In this document: one piece after another, positions 26,696 to 39,655 of the stretch
Numbering within the stretch: the stretch's first letter is position 1
Layout of the letters: the number at the start of each line of letters is the position of its first letter
Source of the DNA: Lingula anatina
Taxonomy: Eukaryota > Animalia > Brachiopoda
NCBI GenBank assembly: GCA_051362555.1
Contig: CM120643.1
Span: forward strand, 7,502,001-7,566,000
Direction: 5' to 3'
DNA length: 64,000 nucleotides
Notes under the pieces: model-generated
Told to the model about the DNA's origin: nothing
The model's input: only the letters and a program-made list of their open reading frames with translations
Database searches by the model: none
Program-made: the position numbers and the translations under genes

Positions 26696-27189
26696 GAACT
26701 TTTGTGGAGCTTTTTTCAAGGCAAAAGCTAGCAAAGAAAAGAAAGGATGTCGCTTAAAAATGGAAAGCAAGGAAGCAACCAAGGGCAAAGAGAAGTATTG
26801 GAAGCACGATTAATTTAAATGAATATAAAAAAATAGAAAGTAGGGTCTAATGAATTAGTCTCAAACAAAAGAAAACAAAAACACAAAGTAAGATGCTGAA
26901 TGCATGGAATTTTGACAAACCAAATTTAAAAAAAAAAAAAAAAACATCACAATTTGTGCTAAATGAATGGTGAAAAAAACATTGGTTCCCCGTGAGTTGT
27001 TTTAATGTATATCGCCTGCTTTGTAAACAAAAAAAGGTGCAAGTTCTTCATACTGGCAATTTTTTATATGTTCTCCAAATATGTTCTTCAAATAATATGA
27101 AGCCGTGTACAACAAACACGTATATTTAAAAAAGAAGTCGCGATTCAGCGAATAAACGAGAAATTATCGATATTTCAAACAATTTGGAC

Positions 27190-27270
27190 GGAGTTGACTT
27201 TGACTTCCGCCCAAATCTCACAAATGTCTGTTGCTAATTGACGTCACAGACACAATCAGCTCACGTGACC
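27190..27270 (-). promoter_or_regulatory. Promoter cluster of polycystin-like gene: ETS, RFX X-box-like, CRE, E-box
   Basis: ACTTCCGC 27203-10, GTTGCTAATTGAC 27230-42, TGACGTCA 27239-46, TCACGTGACC 27261-70; ATG-free candidate first exon with GTATGA donor at 27053. Confidence 0.55.
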
Positions 27271-28284
27271 ATTGTGCTGGGATGTGCGGTTGTGATTAAA
27301 ACTGCCAAATCGATAAAACAATAATAGTTATAAATAACATTCACCACTGCACAGCCTGATTGGGGCTTTTAAAAATATATTACTTTAAAGAGGATAAGTA
27401 TGGTTTATGTTATTTTTCGTGTTCAGGGGCGGATCCAGGATTTTTTTAAGGTTGGGGGGGGATGGGGGGAGGGGAGGGGAGCGGGGCAGAACGACGGGTC
27501 TCTGCCGCGAAGCCGACCATCACCCCTTGGTGTGGGGTTCGGGGCCTGTTGAAAGGTCCCAAATTTTTTTGGGTGTTTTGCAGAGCAAACAGTGCCCTTT
27601 GGTACGGTTTAGAACTATGACTATGATTTAGCTTATCAAGATCCTAATTTCAAGAGGGAAATATTGGTGTGATATATTTTTCAGAAACCGAAAGGGGGGG
27701 GCAGACACCCCCCCCCCCCCCCCGCCCGACCCTCCTCTAAATCCGCCACTGCTATTTGTTTGAATTTATACATATTGATCTACTTAAATAAAAGAAGGCT
27801 GGCTACACTACAGCCATTAGCAGGTTTATTTGAAGGGGGCGTGCACGTGCAAAGTCAACCCCCCCTCCGCCCTTGGCGTGAAGGGTCCCGAAACATTTTG
27901 GTATTTTTGAAGGCGAATGGCGTCATTTGGTATTGTTTAGAACTATGATTCGGCTAGTCAAAATTCTAATTTCAGGATGGGTGGATACGGATATTGGATA
28001 CGGTCACTTTACAAAATGATGTGATCAATCCTTTTACCCCATAGTTACTTTGTCATAAATTGATGAGGGGCCAACTTACCCCGGGGTCCGACTAGCCCCG
28101 GTCTCCCCTAATTTGAAAGCATTTATAACATCATAAAAACCTTCTCTCTGACAACAAGGTGCGCTAGTAGTCTGTTACAAAATTATTGTATAATAAACTT
28201 CAATTTTTTATAGTACATGCATTTTAGAAGCCCTGAGGGTAATAAAACCCCACGGGTCCCAATCACACACTGTGAATCTGCAAA

Positions 28285-28900
28285 GTTCTATAAGTTTCCT
28301 GTTATCTCATCTCAGCAAAATTGAAGTCAATGCAAAACAGACCCACCCTTTAATTTCCCATCCAACCAAGGGAAATTTAAAGTTAACGATTTAGAAAAAA
28401 AATGAAATAAACAGAAAACATCGCATGTTATACTTTGGTTGGGCAATCTGACAAATTTGATTTAAACTTTCAAAGATCAATATTTTCAGTGAGAGACAAG
28501 ACAAAATGAAGAAATCCTCCAATCGAAGTAAACGTTGGTCATTGAAAAGTTTTAAGATCTTTACCAACTATATAAACTTTATTTACCAGGGTTACACCAT
28601 AATTACAGTGCGTATGTGCATATAAATGTGCAAGTCAAGATATCGCCTGCGTCTGTCCTCGTCGTCGTCGTGCACATTCCCTTGTTATGACAATGAATTG
28701 ATAACCATGTCGCTTTTTTGTTATTCTCAGACGTACTGGAGTGATTCATATCATGATAAATACAGTCCACGTTCGAATTGCAATTCTATTTGATCTTTTT
28801 TCCCTTAAATTGTCCACTTTTTTATATTTTTTCATTATACTGTCCATTACACTGCAAGACCTGGTAATGCAATAAATAAAAAACCCTTATCATTCTAAAA
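28285..28900 (-). mobile_element. Helitron/HINE-like dispersed repeat (also 54610-55220; opposite strand 47600-47950 and 48130-48715)
   Basis: Shared CTCAGCAAAATTGAA, TATCGCCTGCGTCTGTC(GTC)n; + strand copies end in hairpin AGACACATCTGTGT(C/T)T. Confidence 0.6.
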
Positions 28901-29574
28901 TTTAAAGAATAATTCCGCTGCAATAGTATTGGAATAGAAGCCAAGGATAAATGGCAGTTTTATTGAACCATTTATGCCAATAAAGGTAAAACATGAATCT
29001 CAGCAAAATTATTATTACTTAAATACACATCTGAATCATGCACATGTGCACACACACACGAGCGCGCGTGCACTGGTACGTGCACAGTATATTGCACAAG
29101 CACAGAGTACAATTTAGCCTTTGACACAAGAGCTCCGAGGGGAGTAGTTTTCAATGAATGTCAACGTAAGCGACGCAGATGTGTCAACCTCAAATACCAA
29201 TTTTTTTTTGCAATAAATCTACGTTCCACCAGATCCAAAGATGTTCCAAACTGAGCCCAATACACTTAAAGGAAGTTTAAATACCTCTCTACAGAGTAAC
29301 AAGTATGTAAAATTCAAGATTTCGTTGCTGTCAGTCACAAGCAGGTACCTCTGTCTAAACGGCCTTGACCTATAATCGTATTATTTGACTAGAGTCTATG
29401 CAAATCTAAGTGTGCACATATTTAATTTTATTTGTTCACTATGGTTTTCTGTCGCAAAAGATGTCCTAAATAAATAAAAAAATTACACTAGAATGACTTC
29501 ATTTTATAGTTTGATATAAGTGTAGTTTCTGTGACTGCATTGAGGGGGTTAACAGTTAAGACAATTCCTTTTTG

Positions 29575-29940
29575 AACGGTGACAAGTGGGTCGAGTCCAT
29601 TCGATTTGAGGAATGACAGGTGGGACGAGCCCATTCTATCTGAGGGGTGACAGGTGGGGGCGAGTCCATACCTTCTGAGGGGTGACAGGTGGGGCAAGTC
29701 CATTCTATCTGAGGGGTGGCAGGTGGGGCGAGTCCATTCCATCTGAGGGGTGGCAGGTGGGACGAGTCCATTCCATCTTAAGGGGTAACAGGTGGGGTGA
29801 GTCCATTCCATTTGAGGGGTGACAGGTGGGGTGAGTCCATTCCATTTGAGGGGTGACAGGTGGGGCGAGTCCATTCTTTTTGAGGGATGACAATTGGGGC
29901 GAGTCCATTCTTTTTGAGGGGTGACAGGTGGGGCGAGTTC
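29575..29940. repeat. 34-bp G-rich minisatellite, ~10 copies
   Basis: Unit GAGGGGTGACAGGTGGGGCGAGTCCATTCCATCT. Confidence 0.95.
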
Positions 29941-31730
29941 GTCCAATTTGAAGAGCGCATGCACAAAATCATCACAAAATTACATTGTAAGGTCGGTGCA
30001 ATTAGCTTCATAAAAGAACACTATTTTAGCTTTTTAAAATAAGCTTTATAAAAGAACACTGTTAGCAAAGTTTTGAGGGGATATAAACTTGTATCATGCA
30101 GAAATAATCATTAAATTATTGGTCTCAAAATTTGCTTTTCCACAATTTCATATAAGTATAACCTTTTTGTCTGCACACGGGACTGTGTGGAAATAAATCT
30201 ACGTCACAAAATTAAATTAAGGGATCAATATATTTCAAACATATATTTTATTAAGACCTTTTCAAATAGATCGGAACATGCAGACCTAATTTTTTTGGAA
30301 GAAGCAAATTTCAACTGTTGCCATTTCAAGTGTATCTCTCAACTTTCTCGTTTTTTCTGTTTAAATATTTAATTGAAGTATTCATATGATGAGAAGATCG
30401 TGAAATTTGAATCAATTTTCTGCAACAATAACCAGAACCCTTCAAAATGGACCCATATTAAAATTGAGAGAATGATATCCGGGAGGACGAACTCATTTAT
30501 TCCAAGAGATATAAAAAACTGTCTAACTACAAAATAAAATACAGAATAGCTTTTCAAGAAGCAAAATCGTAAATTCACACAAATTGTATTTATAAATGTG
30601 GGCTGTTGGAAAATCTTAAACGTGTATTCTTAAAATGCTCAAACTCAATAATTTACAAAATACTATGAATATTTACAAACTTTTAAAAAACCTTTTGGTT
30701 TTAGATATCTTCTGTTACTGCAGAAATCAACAATCCCAAACACAATATTTACAGATCAGTTTTAGCGGATTAAATTCGAAAGTACTCAAACAATTACCAT
30801 ACCTTTATTATTAATTACCACTTTATCGACATTATTTTATATCAAAGTAAAAGAAACAAGTAATGACAAACGTATCTATTCAGCTATCATTAAAATACAA
30901 TAGATACATGAATTTGCGTTTGGTTCCAGAAAGTGAATGAAAGGCTTGGTTGCTAGCAGGCGGGTGTTGTGCAGTACTCAGTATCTCAGCGGACTTCTGA
31001 AATGAGAAAGTGATGCAAACAATATTTGACTAAACAGGCAGACTTGGAAAATACAACTAATGCATTTTACATCAAAGAGAAGAGAAATGATGTGAGTGTT
31101 TACTGATTCGTCCGATGTTCAGGCTCAAATAGCACCCCTCAAAAACCAATATACGTCGAGGTGACCTTACGCCAAAATTAAATTCTGAAGTTTTGATTAA
31201 GATATTTGAGATATCTTGCTTTGAACAAATAAACATTGAAAACAATTCTTTAATTCGTGGAGGTTATTACTAAGGACGTTAATTTGTTTTACCTACTATT
31301 CAATGTTGTAATATCTAAAATCGTTCTGCAACACGCGTTGACCATAAAATTAGTGTACACGTTGATAAGGCACCCTTGACTGTCTTTGGACCAAAAGCTA
31401 GGAACTGTGACAAGCACCGTATAATTATCTAAATTAGTCCGTGATCTTTGTAGTATTATTCCCATCTACTCATTTGCTAGCTAATAATTTATTATGAGTG
31501 ACATAAAAGAAACGACAGGCAAATCATAACAAAGAACCGTAACATAATTACTTTTTCTTGCATTCTTTAACGCTTTTTATATCTAACGACAGAGGTAATT
31601 GAAGAAAAAAGTGATACTTACGGAACATGCACTCGTGTCTTCGTCTCATAAAAGTTCGACCTTGCAACTGTACCACACTTGCTGTTGCGTCTTCACCCTG
31701 ATGTGTCCTACTGCCTAGTGAGCATTCGGG

Positions 31731-33377
31731 TTGCCTCAGTTTTCGGCCTTACAAGCTCACGGTACCCTTACCGCTGGTAAGGCCTCATAGCAGTATGTAC
31801 AAAAAACTTGAGACACTTAAGTACCTCGAAATGTCCACGTTCTGACAATCTCTGTGGGTCCTCCATTGTACCTTGTAGTATGTAAATCCAATTAAAAGTG
31901 TTTTCGTGTACCTTCAGGCACGAAGTTCATAAAGTTTTGGTCACTTTATTTCAGCTTCCTCCTGCACCGACACAACAGCACGCCATATTGTGGTACACTT
32001 GCGGAAAGGACGACCACCTTTTCAAGGTCGACCTCGAAATGGAGTTGACCTGTTTCACGTTTCCAATGTAAACTTTTAGCGCCCTCGGGTGACGAGTTGT
32101 GAAAAATGGTGTTTGATCCATGTAGGCAACCTAGCTCCAGTTTATAATGTTTTACAAGCATTTGGCCATCCATTTGCGCTTCTGACGAATTTGGCCTACC
32201 TTTGCCTTAAAACCTACATGAAAAAATATTTGAGAAATTTTATAATTATAGTATTTTATAGCAATAAAAATATATTTAAAAATCACGTATTGTTTTATTT
32301 TTTTTATTTTTAGTAGTATTATATTTTCGCCCTTAATCAAAATACATACATGAATTACATTAAAAGGAAAAAAAAGTTTTACTTATTTTTTTCTCAATTT
32401 ATTTATTTTTATTTCTTTTGAGGAAGAGGTTAAGGTGTACAGAGGCCTTGAAGTCGTTTGTGTGATGCAAAAATGAAATAAATGACTGGTAACTGTTTGA
32501 TGTTCCCAGAGTGAATGACGCCTATTCGTTTTGCGGTTCATTTTTCATTTCCAGTCTTGTATTTTTGACTTGAGCTGCAATTTATTTATATATTTTTATT
32601 TTATCATTTTTTGTCCTCTCCCAGGAGTGTTTGGAACACCAGAGCTCGAGCATGTCATCCATAAAATAATAAATAAACAAAACAAAGAAATAAAAATAAA
32701 AAAATAAAAAAGTTGATAAAAAAATAAGTAAAACTTTTTTTCCTTTTAATGTAATTCATGTATGTATTTTGATTAAGGGCGAAAATATAATACTACTAAT
32801 AATTAAAAAATAAAACAATACGTGATTTTTAAATATATTTTTATTGCTATAAAATACTATAATTATAAAATTTCTCAAATATTTTTTCATGTAGGTTTTA
32901 AGGCAAAGGTAGGCCAAATTCGTCAGAAGCGCAAATGGATGGCCAAATGCTTGTAAAACATTATAAACTGGAGCTAGGTTGCCTACATGGATCAAACACC
33001 ATTTTTCACAACTCGTCACCCGAGGGCGCTAAAAGTTTACATTGGAAACGTGAAACAGGTCAACTCCATTTCGAGGTCGACCTTGAAAAGGTGGTCGTCC
33101 TTTCCGCAAGTGTACCACAATATGGCGTGCTGTTGTGTCGGTGCAGGAGGAAGCTGAAATAAAGTGACCAAAACTTTATGAACTTCGTGCCTGAAGGTAC
33201 ACGAAAACACTTTTAATTGGATTTACATACTACAAGGTACAATGGAGGACCCACAGAGATTGTCAGAACGTGGACATTTCGAGGTACTTAAGTGTCTCAA
33301 GTTTTTTGTACATACTGCTATGAGGCCTTACCAGCGGTAAGGGTACCGTGAGCTTGTAAGGCCGAAAACTGAGGCAA
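31731..33377. mobile_element. 1.65-kb foldback: ~690-bp inverted arms, ~260-bp spacer, 9-bp direct flank GCATTCGGG
   Basis: 31731-32420 is the reverse complement of ~32680-33377 (identical mirrored ORFs); GCATTCGGG at 31722-31730 and 33378-33386. Confidence 0.8.
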
Positions 33378-33927
33378 GCATTCGGGAAGACAGCTCGCAC
33401 TACGACGAGCAGCTTATCGTTATGCAAATTACAGAACAGGTATGGCCCATTTTAGGTGAGGGACTGTGGCTGAAACTGGTCACGAATGTTCACGGTCAAA
33501 AACACGTAAATGAAGATTTGACTGAGGTCCACTTGTTAAAATACACCACTTTATTCCACAAATATTGCGCATGCATCTTTCATCATGCGGTTTCATAAGT
33601 CTTTGATACATTACTTCCACATAACTCAACACCAGGGAAAGAGTGTGAATGTTGATATTTTTATCGATCAATAGGCGTACCTATAATCCTGTTGTTGACA
33701 TAATGGAACGGATAAATCCTAGTTCCATTCGGATCCAAGTGCCACTAGCAAATAAGTAAATAAATAAACACCGAGAAGCCTGTGTACCAACATGTTATGG
33801 GCCAAACAATACGATATTTTATAGCAATAATGAATCTAATCAGTAGAAATAGTCATGGGCGAAACAAGACGGGCCCTTCTAAATAACTTGCCACTGTCGG
33901 AATAACGTTGCCTGGAGGATCAAGATT

Positions 33928-33958
<31 letters not shown>

Positions 33959-34227
33959 TTCATTTATGCAAATATTGTTGAAATACTTATTTGTTTTTTA
34001 GTGTTTGCATATTTTGGGACAAAATCTTAGTAGTTCGGGAATGTTATCATAGTGTTTTTTATGCATGCGTTAGATTAAATTGGGGGTCAGTTTTCATCGG
34101 CAACAGACAACAATCAAGAGTATAAGGTTTTTATCAACTTAATTAATATCAAAAGGATCGAGGCTGGAAAGATCCGAGATGAGCGTTTCATGTGTAACCC
34201 GGTTGGTTACTGAGCGAGTAGCAAACT

Positions 34228-34670
34228 TGAAAACACCGAAGACATCAATGGTAGCTCATGAAGATCTTTATTTGCTGACGGGCTACAATCTGGCACTCAG
34301 GCAGGGACAGTCACGACGATCTCCCGGGGTCTCTCTCTCTCTCACTAACTGAGAAGCCCTCATTTTATAGGGAATCGTTCTAAGTCCTGCGTGCCCAATA
34401 ACTATTACTAAATGTGTGTAATTTATAGGAATAATAAAGGAACTAAAGGTAACATACGTGATTAATAGGAAGTATGAGAAAACTAAATAAAGGGACTATA
34501 TTACATTCCATAGTAGCCCTGAACACGGATATGTTCTCCGGGTAGGAAGGTTACATAACGCTCGGACCTGGGAATGGCCTCAACTGAAATTTCCCCAGGT
34601 GTAGTGACTGTTTTTGGTGGAAGAGATCAAAAGAGCGAAATGACTATAATGAGGCCAAAGTATTTCTACA
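34228..34670 (-). mobile_element. Possible solo LTR
   Basis: Minus strand TGTAG..., TATAAAA (~34365), AATAAA (~34270), ..TTTTCA in LTR order; no TSD or PBS found. Confidence 0.35.
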
Positions 34671-34905
34671 ATTTTAGAGTCGGCACCGGGTTTCCATTTT
34701 CTGTCATCTGAAAGGGGTGTATCTTCAATTAGGCCTACTTAAATAAATTACTCTACTGAGATTTTTGTTTCTAATTTTGGTTTCTCTTCCGTGATTGAAA
34801 ATGTGATTTAAAGGCAGAGACAAATTGTATAACACTACCGTGTTATGCATGTTTATTTTTATCTTATTCTTGTTGGGAAAATTAAAACTGGAGGATACTG
34901 ACAGT

Positions 34906-34936
<31 letters not shown>

Positions 34937-35053
34937 GGGGCAGGGGAGGATGGTCTAAAAAAGCTAATTTGGAAGACTGGACTGTCACAAAATATCTCTG
35001 GATTCGGTCCCGACATAAAAAAAAACAACCCGACCTGTCTCTCTCCCTCTCCC

Positions 35054-35119
<66 letters not shown>

Positions 35120-35444
35120 TAAATAGATAAACAAGTAAATGAATAAACAAACAAAAAATGTAATTCTTTTCTTTCGAATTTTTTTTGTTCAGTGTTTAGA
35201 GAAGAAACACTTAGGTTTTTTAAATTTCTGTTTAAAAGTTTGCTTTGGCTACATAAAATTAGAAATAGCACCAAAACATTTTTAGATTTATTAGATTTAT
35301 TAATGCTACGAAGAGTCTGTCATTTTTTCATAATAAGACTGTCCACAGTAAATATGTTGTTCTGGCACGATCGATTTCGTTTAGCTCATCCCCTGAAATG
35401 TAGGCTACATAATCTGATTGAGTTTCATTACGTCTGTATGATAA

Positions 35445-36396
35445 GGGTACGAACATGGATCCCCATTCCAGGGAGGTGACCCGGGTTTACTACAATCACA
35501 ATCTTTATTCCTAATGAATGCAGTATTTATTATTAGCACAAAAAGTTAAAGCATGCCGACGTTCATTACTCACGCTTTAAAAATTCTAACATTAGGGATG
35601 AGGCAATGAAAGCAGATGATATGGACTCGTAACTGATAACAACGAGAGCGCATGTAGAAAGTTCATTGAATCTGTTGTTGAGCGGTGCAAGGGTAATGAT
35701 CTTATTTGGAACATAAGTAAAACCAAGGAAATGATAGTAGATTTCAGACGGTATCAAAATGTAAAAACATCCCTACATATAGAGCATACTGTAGTTACGA
35801 TAGAAGAGCAGTTCAAACTCCTAGGAATTCATATGAATAGTAAACTTACTTGGAATGACAACATCGAGAGGAGCGCAAGAAACCAAGACAAAGACTGTAC
35901 TTTTTAAGATCATTGGGAACTTATACAGATAATGAGACCGTTTTAATTAACTTTTATACATGTATCTTTGAGAGTATTTTGACGTTTGAAGCATCTGGTG
36001 CTTCACTTTCAGGCCTACAGTGGAGTAACGAAAAAAACACAATGTTATTAACGCCGCCAGTAAAATAATTGAGCGAAATTTCCCCCACCGAGATGGTATC
36101 ATGAAAGACAGAATGGAGAAAACAACAAGACGCATTATGGGGATCCCACCCAGTCAGCAAATTCTCTTTTTTAATTCTTACCAAGCAATACCAGACTGCT
36201 GACTTTTAAGGGGAGAAAACGGTTGTAAGCAGTTTTTGTCTCTGTATTATCTAATATTAATTCCACTTTTACGCCTACTTCATAAATATTTTAATGTCCA
36301 GTTCTTTTTTCAGTTTTATCTCTCCAATGGAAACAATATCCAATATTTATATTGTAATATTTTATTGGATGAATAAATTCTTATCACACTTGTTTG

Positions 36397-36434
<38 letters not shown>
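35445..36434 (+). mobile_element. 5'-truncated Rex1/Babar-like LINE, decayed RT
   Basis: KHAD.. (YADD-like), NDLIWNISKTKEMIVDFRR, FKLLGIHMNSKLTWNDNI, RQRLYFLRSL with frameshifts; AATAAA then poly(A) ~36397-36434. Confidence 0.85.
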
Positions 36435-36436
<2 letters not shown>

Positions 36437-36454
36437 TGTAAGTTTATCTACTGG

Positions 36455-36747
36455 TCAAGATATCCATTTGATGAAGTGCACCAGATTTGTCCTTGCTGTC
36501 ATGCTGATGGGAAGGTGGTCTCCTAGGCTTCTCTTCTGTTGATGAATCTGGAAAAATGTCACAATATTCCTTCAGAAGATATCCATTCCTTTAATTGATC
36601 AATATGTTGTTAAATAAAGATTTCATTACACTGTAAAAGAATACATTAAATACCCAGCTGCAGGAATCATTCATTAAGAAAACATGTCACTTTTTCATGT
36701 TGTCCAATGCAGATCTTGATATATGTCTTAAACTGTTTTGATTTTAA

Positions 36748-36790
<43 letters not shown>

Positions 36791-36975
36791 AGAAAACCAC
36801 AGGGAGTAGTTTTACCTCAGCTGTCAGCTGTGATATCATATGGTCTGGAGTATCTCTGTTACCCTGATCTCCATGACAACAGGTCCAGATGATCAAAGAT
36901 GGTGTCCAGAGTCTCAGTAACCACCCATAATTTCTGGTCCTTGGTCAGTATTTCCACAAGAAATGTGCCACAATT
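36455..36975 (-). pseudogene. HEATR3: Two terminal exons of a HEATR3-like gene (36975-36816 frameshifted; 36547-36455)
   Basis: NCGTFLVEILTKDQKLWVVTETLDTIFD recalls HEATR3 IGCFLLEV.TKDPSLVVAGEALDALFD; last exon IHQQKRSLGDHLPISMTARTNLVHFIKW*; first exon 160 nt breaks frame. Confidence 0.65.
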
Positions 36976-37826
36976 CTGAAGGAAAAATCAACTTGACAGC
37001 AACACTAGCAACTTTACAGACAGTAAACAGCAACAAACATTCCAATAACATTAGTAAAGGAGTTTTATAAATTCTTAAACGAATAAAGATGTTCATCATA
37101 AGCTGAAAAAAAGACGTAAATGTTTTTCACTCTTCACTAGCTCTGATGATATTCTGATCATCAGTACACACTTTCATGTCAGCAGGCTTTTAATATTTAA
37201 AGTTGTTATTAACTGGACACAACAGTTTGAACATTTAACAATGGTACCATTCCCTATGAGAAAACCATGAGCAAAATTTACTTAAGCATACATAATGGCT
37301 GATAAGGTCAGAGAAAAATGATAAAATTAATCTACCTCTACTTTCAGACTAAACAAACTGGACTAAATTTCTGATTAAAGTTAAATAAAAATAAGATTTT
37401 AAATTATCAGGTCTAGGCTGGACAACAGATGTGTTGAACAAGGATAGCATGGAAAACATAGTGATCAAAACATGCAAACACATTCAATGCCTGTAACTAA
37501 TACAGACATTAAACAAATAATTTCAAGGAAACAGATGCAATGGCATCCAGACAAGAAATATCACTCAAGAGTTGTAAAATTCTTTGAAAAAAAAAGATCT
37601 GTCTATAAAAGAATGAAAATGTTTTTAATTGTTCCAAATCTTTTTCTGATCAGCCATCAATACCGTCCCTGCCCTCTTTCAATATTTTATTCTTTCAAAT
37701 GAAGACAACCATTAATTAACACTAGCAGTGAACCCTATGAGTAAAGCATCAGCCAATTCACATAAAATTCAAATAGGCCATACAATATTAATTTATGTAA
37801 TGAGAGAAAGAGATAACCATTAGTAC

Positions 37827-38899
37827 CTCAACTTTTAGACGAAGCAAATTTCACGACTACATCACTAAGAAAACTAAATGACATGACATACATGTACATA
37901 TCTGGGGTACCTTGAAGGTATGTTTCCATCTCTGTCTTAAAGGTGTGGAGGCTCACTGATATTACAAATAATTTGAACTCAGTGCTAAAGAGGATCACCA
38001 CACAGCTTTTCTCTAAATCCACATAATGATACCTACAGATTTTATACCAATTTTTGAAATTAATCATTATTTTTATTCAAATAAGTAATGAATTGGGGAA
38101 AATTATCCATCAGTTTACTTAATATACATTTTTTCAAAATAAATCATTAATTTTATCAACTGCCACAATCAATAAATGGAATAACTTATTCACAATGTTT
38201 CTGAAAGATCTCACTTCTATACAGTGCTTTTGAAAAATATTTAGCTAACAGTGAGGAGTTACTAGTATTTGTCTTAAAGAGACGTTATGCAATTTTGTAT
38301 TCGCCAATAGCTTTTATTTTTTCTGTTCTGTTATTGATCACAGCTCTCTTTCATCCTACCTCCCCTTTTTCTTGAATTTCATAGAATTTTTCAAATACAG
38401 ATGGAAAGCACTTACACTCCAGAAGCCTTCTTGGCTACCACTGACCAATCACAGGGAATATCTTCTTTATCATGGACTTATGAAACAATATAACCTGAAA
38501 ATACATAAATTTTCATTTAAAAAATTAAAAGAAAAAGAAATATATTTTAACTTTTTAGAATTTAAAAATATCTGTTAGAATGTTGCAATGGTGTGTGTGT
38601 GTGTGTGTGCATGTGTGGACCATGGTAGCCTTAGGGCCATGGAAACCCAAAGACTTTCAGAGAGCCAATCTTTGACATTATCCTACATAATAATGACAAT
38701 TAACATGCCTAATTTTTCTTTCTCAAATATATATTTGAAGTTATAAATATTCACTTAATAAATAAAGAAGAGATCTTATCCATTAAAAAGACATTAAAGG
38801 ACACATCTTTCAATACTAACTTATTACATTACATTACATTACATTACATTACATTTGTCTTCATCTGGTTGGCTATATGGTATACAACATCGTCTAGAC
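37827..38899 (-). pseudogene. Four phase-compatible exons of an unidentified gene with in-frame stops (38899-38853, 38494-38416, 38032-37911, 37864-37827)
   Basis: SRRCCIPYSQPDEDKCYIVS*VHDKEDIPCDWSVVAKKASGVYHYVDLEKSCVVILFSTEFKLFVISVSLHTFKTEMETYLQVM*S*NLLRLKVE. Confidence 0.55.
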
Positions 38900-39655
38900 C
38901 TAAAATATGAAGAAAGGACACAATTTAAAAAAGGAAAAATATGGTTGCATGTATATATAACTGAAAAAAGAAATGAATTACCCATCACTAACAACAGTCA
39001 TATTATACTTCACTATTTCTCAGGTCTTCTGCTTTTTTTGTGAACTAGTGGTGGATTTAGGGGGGGTGTCAAGGGGGTCCTGACCCCTGCTTCCATTTCT
39101 GAAAAAAATCACACCAATGGTCCCCTCTTGAAATTAGAAATTTGACTAGCTGAATCATAGTTCTAAACAGTACACCATTTGCCCTCCAAAATACCAAATT
39201 TTTTCTGGGGCCCTTGTCCTTGACCCCAAGGCGAGAAGGGGGGGGGGGGGGGAGGGGGGAAGGTTGGCTTAGCATCCAGCAACCCCCTACATAATTAATC
39301 AATTAATTAGTCATAACCAAACAAATAACTCCATTTCTTGCCTATCAGGCAAATTTCATCAAAATCTTTATGTAACTTTTTGCAAACGTTTTGCTCTATT
39401 AATTATCTCATTAATTAAGATATTGGTCACAACCAAAATCTAGTTATTTGTTTCTTGGTGCCCTCTGTTCCTGAAATTGTCATTAAAATCTGTCCATAAC
39501 CTTTTGCATGTTTTAAGGGACTCCCATTGTCTTCCATATTCTGTTGGTTGGCAGGGTAAGTTAGCACATGTTTATAGTTCTGTAGCTCTCCTCCTCTCTC
39601 TTTCTCTCTCTCTCTCTCTCACACACACACACTAAAAGTTACAGGATACAAGCAC

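Noticed and set aside
29488-30011. 158-aa Pro-rich ORF and overlapping ORFs
   Set aside because: Translations of the 34-bp minisatellite, unit not a multiple of 3
31946-33162. Mirrored 75-aa ORFs as a divergent gene pair or an intact transposase
   Set aside because: Consequence of the inverted repeat; all frames are interrupted and similarity is too weak to call
34725-35150. ORFs of 72-141 aa (also 6031-6489, 15075-15335)
   Set aside because: Run through (CA)n/(GA)n/(TA)n and poly-G tracts
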